A stretch of 64,000 nt of DNA from Squalus acanthias (Eukaryota), in the NCBI GenBank assembly GCA_030390025.1, contig JASTWF010000180.1, forward strand, positions 1 through 64,000. The letters run 5' to 3'. The position numbers and the translations under genes were made by a program. Below the pieces are notes generated by a model. The model worked only from the letters and a program-made list of their open reading frames with translations. It searched no databases and was not told the DNA's origin. Positions 39,190 to 51,467 of this stretch are shown here, piece by piece. How positions within the stretch are numbered: the first letter of the stretch is position 1; each line of letters opens with the position of its first letter.

Positions 39190-41170
39190 GCACAGATTAG
39201 GGAAATGGTAGAAGGGGAGGAGCAGCCTTAGTGAGTAAGGATGAATTCACTTCAATGGTAAGAGAGGATATAACGAGAGGTAAGCAGGCAATGGAGACTT
39301 TATAGGTAGAATCAAGAAATAGGAAAGGATTTAATACTGTAGTGGGAGTTGTGTATAGGTCTCCTGGTAGCAGCTGTGAAGTGGTAGAATGTATAAATGC
39401 AGAGATTAGACAAGAGTTTATACCCCTAAGGGGCAAGACCTCTACTTGTCAAGAAACAGCCAATCACGAGTAAAGAGGTAAGGGACAACATAAAACTAGA
39501 AGAAAGAGCATACAAAAATACAAAAACCAGCACAGATCCTGGGAGAGATACAAAGAACAACACAAGGTGAAAAAACAGATAGGAAGAGCTATAGAAACGG
39601 AGCATGAAAAGAAACTTGCAAGGGATATTATAATCAACACTTTTTTACAATTAGGAAAATGAGGTTGGTTATGAGCAATGTGGGTCCCTTGAAAACGGAT
39701 ATCGGTGATATTGTCAATGACAATACAGAAAGGCGGACATGTTGAATAATTACTTTGCGTCAGTATTTACAGTAGAGGAAGAGGATAGCATGCCGGGCGT
39801 CCCAAGGAAACTAATAGTGACTCAGGGACGGGGAATCACCAAAATTAACATAAGAAAAATAACAGTAATGAAGCAAATAATGGCACTAAAGATTGACAAG
39901 TCCCCAGGAACAGATGGTTTCCATGCCAATGTTTCAAAGGATGTAAGTGAGAACATTACAGATGCCTTAACTATAATCTTACAAAGTTTTCTCGATTCGG
40001 GAACCGTTTCTTTAGATTGGAAAATTATGCATGTCGCTCTGCCATTTCAGAAAGGTGAGAGAGGGAAACCAGGGAATTATAGACCAGTTAGCCTAACATC
40101 TGTTGTCGGGAAATTATTAGAGTCTATAATTAAGTATAGGTGAATGAACAGCTTGAAAATGTTCAGTTGATCAGCGAGAGCCTGACGAACTTGATTGAAT
40201 TTTTTGAAGAGGTGACGGAAGTAGTGGACAGGGGAATGTCTATGGATGTTATTTATACGGACTTCCAGCAGGCATTTGATAACGCCTCTCAATAGAGATG
40301 TTAGCTAAAGTTGAAGCTCGTGGAAGTGAAGGCAAATTATTGATTGGTTAGGAAATTGGCTGAGCGGCAGGTGACAGAGAGTAGGGATAATGAGCAGGTA
40401 CTCCAATTGCTAGGATAGGTTGTTATCTCGCAAGGATCTGTGTTGGGGTTTCAACTATTCATCGTATTTATTAACGACGTAGATGATGGGATAGAAAGTC
40501 ACATATCCAAGTTTGCTGACCACACAAAGATTGACGCTATTGTAAGCAGTGTAGATGGAAGTATAAAATTACAAGGAGATTTTTAATAAATTAAGTGAAT
40601 GGGCAAAACAGTGACAAATTAATTTCAATGTAGGCAAATGTGAGGTCATCCACTTTGAACCTAAAAATGATAGAAAAGAGCACTTTCAAAATTGTGAAAA
40701 GCTAGAAACAGTGGAGGTTCAAAGGGACTTGACTGTCCAGGTACATAGATCATTAAAATGTCACGGACAGGTATAGAAAATAATCAAAAAGGCTCATGGA
40801 ATGTTGGTCTTTATATCTAGAGGGCTAGAATACAAGGGGGTAGAAGTTATGCTACCGCTGTACAAAGCCCTGTTCAGACCACACCTGGAGTACTGAGAGC
40901 AGTTCTGGGCACCACATCTTAGGAAGGATGTATTGGCCTTGAAGGGAGTGCACAGTAGATTTACTGGAATGATACATGGACTTCAAGGGTTAAATTACGA
41001 GGAGAGATTACACAAACTAGGTTTGTATGCCCTAGAATTTATACGGTTAAGGGCTGATATGATCGAAATTTTCAAGATATTAAGGGGAACTGATAGGGTA
41101 GATAGAGAGAAACTATGTCAGCTGTTTGGGGAGTCTAGGGCTGGGGGACATAGTCTAAAAATCAGAGAAA
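39190..41170 (+). mobile_element. Degenerate CR1 LINE ORF2 fragment
   Basis: LNNYFASVFT, KSPG.DG, GNYRPVSLTSVVGKLLE, ERLHKLGLY. Confidence 0.88.
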
Positions 41171-41227
41171 GAATGAATGACCAAAACCAAGAAAGATTTC
41201 ACGTGGTGATTGTTATATGTTTCGTTG

Positions 41228-41930
41228 TTTCTCTTAGTTTTTTGCATCCATTCTCGAGATGTGGGCGTCGATGACAAGGCCGGCATTTATTGCCCATCTC
41301 TAGCTGCCCTTGTGAAGGTGGTGGTGAGCCGTCTCCTTGAAGCACTGCAGTCCGTGTGGTGAAGGGTGCGGTTAGGGAGGGGGTTCCGCGATTTTGACCC
41401 AGAGACAATAAAGCAACGACGATTTATGTCAAATTCGGGATGGCAAGGGACTTATAAAATTATAGAAGGATAAAGCACAGAAGGAAGCCTTTTGGCCAAT
41501 CTTGTCTGTGCTCGCACTTTGAATGAGCTGTCCAATTAGCCCAGCTCCCCTGATCTTTCCTCATAGCCTTGCAAACTTTGATTTTCCAAGTATTTATCCA
41601 ATTCCACTTTTAAAGTTATTACGGAATCTATTTCCACCACCATTTCAGTCAGTGCATTCCAGATTGTAACAATTCGCTGCGTAAAAATATTCTCCTAATT
41701 TCCCCCTGAATTATATTTGCCAATTATCTTAAAACTGCGTCCTTTGGTTATCGACCCAACTGTCAGTGAATACAGTTTCTCCCCATCTAATTTATCAAAA
41801 ATATTCATAATTTTAAACACCTTTATTCAAACTCCCCTTAACCTTCTGTGCTCTAAGGAGAAAAATCTCCGGTTCTCTAGTCTCTCCACATAACGGAAGT
41901 ATATCATCTCTGGTACCATTCTGGTAAAAC
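41228..41930 (-). mobile_element. L2/CR1-group 3' end plus CR1 3' fragment
   Basis: Reverse complements of the 3' ends seen elsewhere in the window. Confidence 0.7.
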
Positions 41931-42077
41931 ATGAAAGATGGTTTTCTCATCATTCCCTCAATGACAAATATTTGTTTCATGAGTCGCTCGATGGCAGATT
42001 TCATTGCTTAGCTCTTGGGTTGGTCTGTGGTGTGGTGAGGTTTTTGTACGGAGGTCGAGCAGTTTTGAAGCACCGTG

Positions 42078-42507
42078 ATCCTCACTCCGCAGAAATAGAC
42101 GGCGCTGTCTTCAGTCTCTGCTGCAGAAATTGACAAAGGAAAAACTTGATATTGACTGAAATGGCGAGCATCGAATTTTCCTTTCGCAAAATCGGCATCC
42201 CTTCCCCTGGTGTTATCACGGTACAAGATAAACTGCGGTGCCTGGTTCGGGTACAACCGGTACCAGTAACGATCCGGATCAGCCGAGCTAGTGTTGTAAT
42301 TGCAGTTCAATTGAGAATTTTCTCCTTCATATACTTTCACCTCATGTTGAGGCTGCATTACAGAACTCCCTTGGATTTTACCTGTAAAAATGATTTAAAT
42401 TACCAGTTAATCCCTCTGTAAATTAGCAAAATCCACGCCATCAGAGGGAACACATATCACTATCGACCTATTAAAAGGGACATCAGGAACAGCTCAACCA
42501 GCGCCAT
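42078..42507 (-). CDS. TCR V segment V5 (open frame): leader 42507-42468, V exon 42381-42078
   Basis: Leader MALVELFLMSLLI with a weak GTCGAT donor. V: SVMQP...QLNCNY...YWYRL...DFAKGKF...EDSAVYFCGVR. RSS CACGGTG(42077-42071)-23-ACAAAAACC(42047-42039). Confidence 0.88.
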
Positions 42508-43799
42508 CTCTAAAATGCTGCCAATGTTTACCGGTCTTCCGTACTCACACCGATAAATAGAAGCAATACTTCAGCCTCCACGGTGAGAGTGATGGGGACC
42601 TTATAAAACTTGCAACAAAAAACAACACTCAACAAGAGCAGCTGAGGTCCACTTCGGGAATTATATTAGTTGGTGATTGCAACGCGCATTTACAATAACA
42701 ATGAACATCATAAATGTGGCACCTTAAGTCCCCTTTTCTCCTTTGATTCACTTTCCGTGCCTGCCTGCAATATTGTGCAGCCAATTAGACATCTCCCCTG
42801 TCAGTGTCCCGGACCCTTTGGTCGCGGCCAGTACACAGGTTTATTTGATCAGAGTATGTTGCTGGGCCAGAGACAATTTATTCACAATGAACAGATTTCA
42901 CAAGGTAGTGATTGTGTTCTTTAAAACAAGCCCCAAGCTCAGAGTTCCCCCAATGATCATTGTCCTTCATAATGTATCTTTAATGCTGGGATGTTTAGTG
43001 TGCTATAACTTTTCTCTTCAAACGTCATTTCAGGAACCGGCTGTTCCACTGTGTCTTGGTGGTTTAATTCTAACATAAAATTATCATAATCATCAACATC
43101 CTCATCATCATCATTTTACTAATAATAACATGTGGGTTACAGCAGTCGGGGCGAGAATGGATTTTTACTGGGAAGGAAATACTTACTGAGAAGTGAGATA
43201 ATGATGATGAGCGGTGCGAGACGGTTACGCATGATGCTCCCTGAGTCTACAACTCTGCAGTCTGGGAAATACTATGTCAGAGCAGAATTACAGATTCCCT
43301 CTCCACTGCACTGCTGATCCAACCAATATCAAACAGGAAACGGCGGCAGCAATCTCTCCAATAACACAGGGCAGGAAATGCGGGTCAGAGCGAGAGCAGC
43401 AAATGGAAGCTGTGGGCGGGGCTGCCGCGGGCGGTGTTGTCAAACGGGATCCACCTGTGAGGAGCTGAATTCAATGATAATGGCACTTCCGGAAATAATA
43501 CAACACTGCCTCTCTGTAAGGGCTGCGTTACTTTCACATGCGTTACAAATTCGGGGCAAGCAGGCTCCCGAGATGAATTGCAGATTATTATATTATTCAA
43601 TAGTTACCAAAATCTTCATCAGTGAAGCGAGTTAAAACCAAGGGCTGAAACTAGCGGTAGGAAATAGATCAAAACTGCAACAGATCCCACGGTTCTGGTG
43701 GTGCACAGCTCATTAACACTTAACTAACTTTTGAAATTATTCAACTGCATAACATTAAGAAGCAGAAATGTGGTTACGGCAACGCGGATGTGTTTTTTT

Positions 43800-44330
43800 T
43801 ATTCCTTCCTGGGATGTGGGTGACGCTGGAAGGCCGCCTTCTTGAACCGCTGCAGTCCGTGTGGTGAAGGTCCTCCCACAGTGCTGTTAGTGAGGGAGTT
43901 CCAGGATTTTGACCCAGCGACGTTGAAGGAACGGCGATATATTTCCATGTCAGGATGGTGCGTGACTTGGAGGGGAACTTGGAGGTGGTGGTGTTCCCAT
44001 GCGCCTGCTGCCCTTGTCCTTCTAGGTGGAAGAGGTCACGGGTTTGGGAGCTGCTGCCGAAGAAGCCTTGGCGAGTTGCTGCAGTGCATCTTGTAGATGG
44101 TACACACTACAGCCACGGTACGCCGGGGGTGGAGGAAGTGATTGTTTAAGGAGGTGGATGGGGTGCCAATCAAGGGGGCTGCTTTGTCCTGGATGGTGTC
44201 GAGATTCGTGAGTGTTGTTGGAGCTGCACTCATCCAGGCAAGTGGAGAGTATTCCATCACACTCCTGACTTGTGCCTTGTAGATGGTGGAAATGCTTTGG
44301 GGAGTCAGGAGGTGAGACACTCGCCGCAGA
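43800..44330 (-). mobile_element. L2/CR1-group LINE 3' fragment
   Basis: YKAQVRSVMEYSPLAWMSAAPTTL ORF at 44036-44356(-). Confidence 0.85.
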
Positions 44331-44946
44331 ATATGTGTAATAAAAATGAACATCACAAATCCATTTGTGGCGCCTTAACTCCCCTTTTGTCTTTCGACCC
44401 CCTTTCGGTGCCTGCTTGCAATATTCTGCAGCCCTTTGCACATCTCCCCTGGCAGTTTTCCTGACCCTTAGATCGCGGCCTGTACACAGGGTTTATTTGA
44501 TCAGAGTATGTTGCTGAGTCAGAAACAGTTTATACAAAATGAACAGATTGCACAAGGTAGTGATTGTGCTCTTTAAAACAGGCCCCAAGCACAGAGTTCC
44601 CCCAATGTCCATTGCCCTTCAGAATGTCTCTTTAATGCTGGAATGTTTTCTGTCACCATTAACAATCCCTCAGCTTCCGGGTTACAATAACCAGACAAGA
44701 GTTTCATTCCCACCCCCAGTCTCTAAAAGCTTAACCATTCACCATTAAGGACACTGACTGTAGCCCAGCTCGGGTGTTTCCATTTACTGGCAGCCAGCTC
44801 ACCACCTACCGGTCTCACAGCACCACTTGGGACACAAGGAAGTGAGGGGAGAGCATCCTGAGACACGACAGCAGATTATTGAGGGCGGGGATTAGAACGG
44901 GGGTCATCAAATATCTAACCCCCCTTTTACAGAGCGGACAGCGACA

Positions 44947-45411
44947 ATGCGACTACTCAGCATCTGGGTTGTGTAGGGGGCATTTCTGACAGGTAATCGA
45001 GGAACAAATACACTTCATCTTTTTCTCATTTTCGAAGCATGTTTTGAAGCTGAATTTTAAACACCCGCCGGTCTGATCTTTTCCTATTTGAACATGTTTT
45101 TCAGATCTGAGTCTTGGAGATTCTGTCACTCAGCCGCTGTCCTCAGGAGTTAAGACAGAAGGAGAAGCGGTGACTTTAAACTGTACCTATGATACTACAG
45201 TGAGCTACTATTCTTTATACTGGTACCGGCAACACCCAGACACACAGCCCGAGTTTATTCTGATGAAATACCCGAGCGGTTATGAAGATAAAGCAGCATT
45301 TGCTGAAACACGCTTCACTGCAAAGCTCCAGATCTCGAGTAAATTCACCAGTTTAACCATCTCGTGGCTGCAGCTGACCGACACTGCAGTTTATTACTGT
45401 GCTCTGAGACT
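44947..45411 (+). pseudogene. TCR V segment V6 (V1 paralog): intact V exon 45105-45411 and RSS, but TAG stop in leader
   Basis: Leader MRLLSIWVV* (TAG 44974-44976, TGG in V1). V ends DTAVYYCALR. RSS CACGGTG(45412-45418)-23-ACAGAAACT(45442-45450). Confidence 0.88.
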
Positions 45412-46012
45412 CACGGTGATAGAAACCAGTTAAACCCTCGTACAGAAACTCCCGCCCCTTTGTAGATCAGAGGTAACCCAAGTCTCGAGGGAGCAGCGAG
45501 AAACATGTGTCAACAGCGCCCTATCACTGCTATGATGGGAACTTTTACACTGTTTTGATACTGGATGAAAACACACGGTCAGTGAATTTATGGGGCAGTT
45601 TCCAGCGCCCATTTATGAGGAGAGGTATTGCAGCGATATTGATCACAAATGTCGATAAACATATACGGGCCACTTCAGTTTAAATCGCGCTGATTCTTTT
45701 TCTTTTTTACATTTGTTAGGGAAACCAGTTGATTGAAGCTCGTTAAAACAATATGAAACCACAGAGATGCGGACTTTAATTACAGCGTCACATACAGTGG
45801 ATGGAGATTCGCCTCATGATTCCCGTCTATCCAATATACTTTGGGATAATTTAATGTAACTGCTGCCATTTTAAACTTGTCGCTGAGCTGCCGTTATTAT
45901 CTTTCATTATAATTGCGAGTTGAAATCACTAGCGAATATAATTCCGCGAGTGGGCCACCCATGGTCTTGTTGAGAGTTGTTTTCTGTTGCCCTTTTCAGA
46001 AGGTCTTGTGAC

Positions 46013-46180
46013 TCACTGTGGAGGTGGAATTATTACTGCCGTTTAGCGGTCTGAGAGCGTCCTCTGCTGAGCACTAACTGGAACTCCAAGTGTGTGTTTT
46101 GTACGGGATCCGCGATGTACCTCGTACGAAAAACACGCACTGTCGACGACACCCGAGGTGCTGAATGTACCAGAACACAC
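46013..46180 (-). pseudogene. Collapsed relic of a V9-like segment
   Basis: Colinear with V9 3' flank, nonamer and spacer (50914-51025), then short pieces matching V9 FR3 (SDTAVYF) and FR2 (FWYIQ) with large deletions. Confidence 0.55.
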
Positions 46181-47200
46181 AAGGATTAGGATCTCTTGTT
46201 ATTAAGGTGCAGTTTAGTGTGACATAACTTTTCCTCTACAACCGTCATTTCAGGAACCGGCATTTCAGGAACCGGCTGTTCCATTGTGTCTTGGTGGCTC
46301 AATTTTAACGTAAATTAATTGTAATAGTCACCATCATCATCATTTCACCAATAATAACACCTGGGTTGCAGCAGTCAGGGCGAGAATGGATTTTTACTGG
46401 GAAGGAAATGCTTACTGTGAAGTGATATGATGAGGAGTGGTGCGAGACGGTTCTGCATGACGCTTCCTGTGTCTGTAACTCTGCAGTCTGGGAAATCCTC
46501 TGTGGGAGCAAAAATACAGATCCCCCCCCCCCCCCCCCCATTGCACTGCTGAACCAACCAATGCCGAAAAGGGAACAGCGGCAGCAATTCCTCCAATAAA
46601 ACAGGGCAGGCAAGGCGAGTCAGAGCGAGAGCAGCAAACGGAAGCTGTGGGCGGGGCTGCCGCGGAGGGTGTTGTCACACGTAGGATCCACCTGTGAGGA
46701 ACTGAATTCAATAATAATGTCCCCTTCGGAAATTATTTAACTCTGTCACTCTGTAAGGGCTGCGTTACTTTCACATTCGTTACTAATTCGGGGCAAGCAG
46801 GCTCGCAAAAGAATTGGAGATTATTTTATTTTCGAATTGTTACCAAAATCTTCATCAGTGATGTGGGTCAAAAACAGTGCCTGAAACTAGCGGTGGGAAA
46901 TAGAACAAAACTGCAAACGATCCCGAAGTTCTGGAGGTGCACAGCTCATTAACACTTTAATAACGTGTGAAATTATTCAACTACATAACATTAATAAGCA
47001 GAAATATGAGATAAAGCGGAATTTCACGTTAATTTATACTGAGGAAGTGTCAGCCAGAATTGGTTGATGGAGGGTGACCGGCGGTGGGAATCCGCGCTCT
47101 GTCAGCGCCACCTGGTGGACGTGATAAAAGTTTCTCTCTTTGAGCTGATTTCACAGAACACGGTAATTGTACGAGGTGGCCAGAGGTCCTTCTCACTGTG

Positions 47201-47495
47201 GGCCTCAGTGCACAGTAGTACACGGCGCTGTCAGCGAGCTGCAGCTCAGTCAGGGTGAAAACAGCGATATTTCTGGACGTTTCCAAAGTGACAGAGAAAC
47301 GGCCTTTAACGTCGTCCTTTCCATGGGTATGTGCATGAATTACGAAAGTGGGAGCTTTGTTCTTGTTCTGACGATAAAGCTGCAGGGAATAGTTCGAATC
47401 TGCGCTTGAATAGATACAATTAATGCTCATCGAGGTTCCTTCCAGATATTTGGCATCTGTTGGCCACTGCCCGACGGAATCTCCAGAACTCAGTC
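47201..47495 (-). CDS. TCR V segment V7 exon (open frame, conserved Trp replaced by Leu; leader probably in gap 47533-47694)
   Basis: DSVGQ...SINCIY...SLQLYRQ...GRFSV...LQLADSAVYYCALR. RSS CACAGTG(47200-47194)-23-ACAATTACC(47170-47162). Confidence 0.85.
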
Positions 47496-48584
47496 CTGCA
47501 GAAAACATTTCTGGTTACCAATGGAAACAGAANNNNNNNNNNNNNNNNNNNNNNNNNNNNNNNNNNNNNNNNNNNNNNNNNNNNNNNNNNNNNNNNNNNN
47601 NNNNNNNNNNNNNNNNNNNNNNNNNNNNNNNNNNNNNNNNNNNNNNNNNNNNNNNNNNNNNNNNNNNNNNNNNNNNNNNNNNNNNNNNNNNNNNCTTTTC
47701 TTGCTTAAGATATTAAGTAATTACTAATATCTGTGTATGCCTGGAAATAAAGAGACAGAAAAAGAAAGCATTAGAATAATGGCTAGACATAGATAGGCAC
47801 ACAGGTAGAGAGAGAGAACGAGATACAGATAGGTAGAGAGATAACCATACAGACAGACAGATAGAAAGCTACACAAAGAGGTGGATAGGCCTTAAGATCA
47901 ATGACTAGAAGACAGTTGTATCAATAGTGGAATGGACAGACAGGCACAGATGTATAAATAAATGAACAAACCAAAATACAACGTTGTTAGGCCCCAAATA
48001 ACGCAACCCCCAAACTCCATAATGGCCGCAGTCTCTCCACACTGGGACCCCGCACTTCACCCGGTGCCTTACCTCAGTTGCAGCTTTCGGACTGAAGGGG
48101 AGAATTTGAAGTGTTTCTGTCAGCAGACGGAGTCCCCGTCATTTCCTGAATCAAACCAAGAGCCTCGTTTCAATGAGCTGCCGGTGATCATTGTCGCTGT
48201 CTGTGTTTATCATCACTACCCGCGGCCGCGGCACACAGGCTCCGTGAGCTGTTCTGCTTTGTCCCGGACATCTGACCATCCGATCCCGGGAATGTGTGCG
48301 GATTCTGTCTGACCGTTATCGGCCTCACCCACAATGTCATGGGCACATCCCGGAACTGCTCCTAAGGAGGAAGAAATCATCCCTTCGATTGATGTTTATT
48401 CTTCAAAAGACAGTGTGCTGAACGTGTTTTGAACCCGATGCTGACGGTTAATGAGGAGTCGATATTAGGGTTTTCTTGTTGATGAAATGTTCCATTTGAT
48501 AGAAATGAAAATCTGACACGATGTTGTCGCAATGTCACTAACTCAGAATTTCCCATTATTCACAGTTTACTCTTGAACATTTTT

Positions 48585-49000
48585 GTCTGTGTCTCTCCGT
48601 GTGCTTATCTGCCTGTCTGTGTTTATCTCAGCTTGTTTGCCTGTCTGTGTTTATCTGTCTCTGTCTGTGTGGTTATCTCTCTGACTCTGTTTATCTGTGC
48701 GTGTTTTCTGTGTGTGTTTATCTGTCTCTGTCTGTGTGGTTATCTCTCTGACTCTGTTTATCTGTGCGTGTTTTCTGTGTGTGTTTATCTGTTTCTATCT
48801 GTGTGTCACTGTGTGTGCCTGTGTTTATCTGTCTGTCTGTGTATATCTGTGCATGTTTTTCTGTGTGCGTTTATCTGTTTCTGTCTGCGTGTGTCAATGT
48901 GTGTGCCTGTGTTTATCTGTGCGTGTTTTTCTGTGTGTGTTTATCTGTCTGAGTTTGTGTGTCTGAGTCGGTATGTTTGTTTCTCTGTGTTTGTTTTTCC
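48585..49000. repeat. TG/TCTG-rich simple repeat
   Basis: Visible low complexity. Confidence 0.85.
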
Positions 49001-49327
49001 AATGCTCTATGTGAAGCTTATAGGAACACAGGAGGGCGCTGTCTGATCACTTCTTAATGATCTTTCGTCTCAAACAACTCAGCTGAATATAAATAAAGAT
49101 CCTCAACAACATGTCAACCAGTTGTGTATGTCTGGGTTTACGTTGTCTGCGTGTGTGTATATATGTGTAGGTGTGTGTGTGTGTGTTGTATGTGGGTGTA
49201 TGTGTGTGTGCGCGTCACGGCTGATACTTACTGACAAGGGCGGGTTCCCTTGAACTGGAGGCACCTTCTGCGGCAGATTTATTTCGCCGAGATTTTTTAC
49301 ATCGACAGATGAGTTTAAAACTCTATG

Positions 49328-49761
49328 CTGCTCAGCAGACAGATATATACGTCGGTGTTCTGGATTTTCGCTCGAGTGATCCTTAAATGAAATGTAATTT
49401 CTGAATTGGTTTGGCCGGCCTCGAACCTTCCCTTGGCAAATTCCGCCTTATTTTTGCGCTCTTATCTCGATCCAAAATAAATCGCGGAGCCTAGTTCTTG
49501 TACTGCTGGCACTAGTACAGATCGGGGTTACTGAGCTTTGTTGTGTAACTACAGTCGATTTTCACACCATCTCCTTCAGCGCGGTCTGAGGTTGTGACAC
49601 CGAATCTGCCCGAATCTCCTCTGAACTAAAAGTTAACTTGAGGGTTGAACACAATTACTGAGTTAGAAAATCTATTAACATCACATTAGTGCAAACAGAT
49701 ACAAGGCATTGCCATACCTACCGAACACCAGCCACAATATAAGGAGGTGACGGTACGACAT
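49328..49761 (-). pseudogene. TCR V segment V8 (V4 paralog), multiply disrupted
   Basis: Same leader family (MSYRHLLILWLVF), Trp codon changed to TAG, further stops and indels, heptamer CATAGAG, eroded nonamer. Confidence 0.82.
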
Positions 49762-50165
49762 GGGCTCTATTATATCTTCACTAACAACCCCTTGGAACAA
49801 CAGTTGTATTTCCTGTTGCAATCTATTATACTGAATAAAGTGAGCAACTGTTGACAGGAAGGTATAACAGAAGGTGAGAAAGTATCTCGTGCAGTTTTAT
49901 TCCTGATATAATGGACCGAATGCATTAACTGGGTAACATCATTTTAATTCCGCACAAGTCCGGTTCGCCCATCACCCCTGTGCTCACTGACCCACATTGG
50001 CTTCCGGTACAGCAAAGCCTCGCTTTTAGAAGTCGCATTCTTGTATGCAAATCCCACCATGGCCTTGGCCCTCCCTATTTCTGTAACCTCCTCCAGCCCT
50101 ACAACCCTCTGAAATCTCTGCGCTCCTCCAATTCAGCTTATGAAATGTGTTTGGTCCACAATTAC

Positions 50166-50480
50166 CGTTCATAAATGCTCCCCACATTAACCAGATGCTG
50201 AGTAGCCGCACTGTCGCTGTCCGCTCTGTAAAAAGGGGTTGGATATTTGAAGACACCCGTTCTAATCCCCGCCCTCAATAATCTGCTGTCGTATCTCAGG
50301 ATGCTCTCACCTCACTTCACTGTGTCCCCAGTGGTGCTGTGAGATCGGTAGGTGGTGAGCTGGCTGCCCAGTGAATGGAAACACCCCGAGCTGAGGTACA
50401 GTCAGTGTCCTTATAAGGGTAATGGTCCCGTTTCTTGTGACCGGTGGTGGGAATTAAACCCATGTCTGGTTATTGCATAC
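50166..50480 (-). pseudogene. Orphan V1/V6-type promoter plus leader exon (start codon GTG), no V exon
   Basis: Matches 23490-23830. Leader at 50211-50166 reads (V)RLLSIWLMWGAFMN|GTAATT. Homology stops ~25 nt into the intron, at a LINE-like fragment (~49960-50135). Confidence 0.8.
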
Positions 50481-51035
50481 GGGAAACTCGGGATTGTTAA
50501 TGGTGATAGAAAACATTCCAGCATTAAAGAGACATTCTGAAGGGCCATGGACATTGGGGGAACTCTGCACTTGGGGCTTGTTTGAAAGAACACAATCACT
50601 ACCTTGTGAACTCTGTTCATTGTGTATAAACTGTCTCTGGTCCAGCAACATACTCTGATCAAATAAACCCTGTGTACACGCCGCGATCCCATTAAGGGTC
50701 CGAGAAACTGACAGGGCAGATGTGTAAATGGCTGCACAATATTGCAGGCAGGCACAGAAAGGGCATCAAGGGACAAAAGGGGAGTTAAGGCGACACAAAT
50801 GGATTTATGAAGTTCATTTTTAGTATAAATATGTGCTGAAATCAATTAATATAATTCTGCAAGTGGACCTCATCTGCTCTTGTTGAGTGTTCTTTTAAGA
50901 ATCTCCCTGTGTCTCACTGTGGAGGCTGAATTTTCGCTTCTGGTTACCGATATGAGAGCGCCCTCTGGTGATCCTTAACTGGAAGTCTCAGTGTGGGTTT
51001 TTGTACGGGGTCCGCTATATCTCGGCAGCAGTGTG

Positions 51036-51467
51036 GGGCTCATGGCACAAAAATACACGGCCGTGTCGGAGACAAGTGCCCCGGCGATATTTAAAGGAAC
51101 CGTTTTATTTATTTCGTTCATATTAACAGAGAACCTGTCTGATAAATCTGGAGACTTGGCTCCGTCCTCTGAGCTATAGCTCTTCAGTAAATATCTCGGA
51201 GCTTCTCCGGGATACTGGATGTACCAGAACAGAGTTGAACCAGCTTTGGAGTAACTGCAGCTCAGTATTATGGTCTGTCCTTCCTGAACCTTTAATTCAG
51301 ACGGATCCTGGAGCACTGAATCTTCGCCATTCGTTCCTGTAACAAAACAGAGAATGTATCAGAAGTTTTGGAGTAAACATGACCCATGGAACACAAACTG
51401 ACCCTTTAAACATAGACTCACCGGGCAGCATGATCATCAATATCAGTAAGGAACATGGGGAGCACAT
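51036..51467 (-). CDS. TCR V segment V9 (intact): leader 51467-51422, V exon 51336-51036
   Basis: Leader MCSPCSLLILMIMLP|GTGAGT. V: DSVLQ...ILSCSY...LFWYIQYPG...SDTAVYFCAMS. RSS CACACTG(51035-51029)-24-ACAAAAACC(51004-50996). Confidence 0.9.

Noticed and set aside
42579-42623. RSS-like CACGGTG...ACAAAAAAC (and its homolog near 45980-46020)
   Set aside because: The spacer is 29 nt (about 26 in the homolog), incompatible with 12/23.
48060-48200. Possible leader exon for V7 (minus-strand GTAAGG donor, ATG context like V1)
   Set aside because: No open, hydrophobic, phase-1 reading frame reaches the donor. The true leader more likely lies in the 47533-47694 gap.
50045-50052. Octamer ATGCAAAT as a V promoter element
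   Set aside because: It falls inside a LINE-like fragment and is not seen at the same place upstream of the paralog V4.
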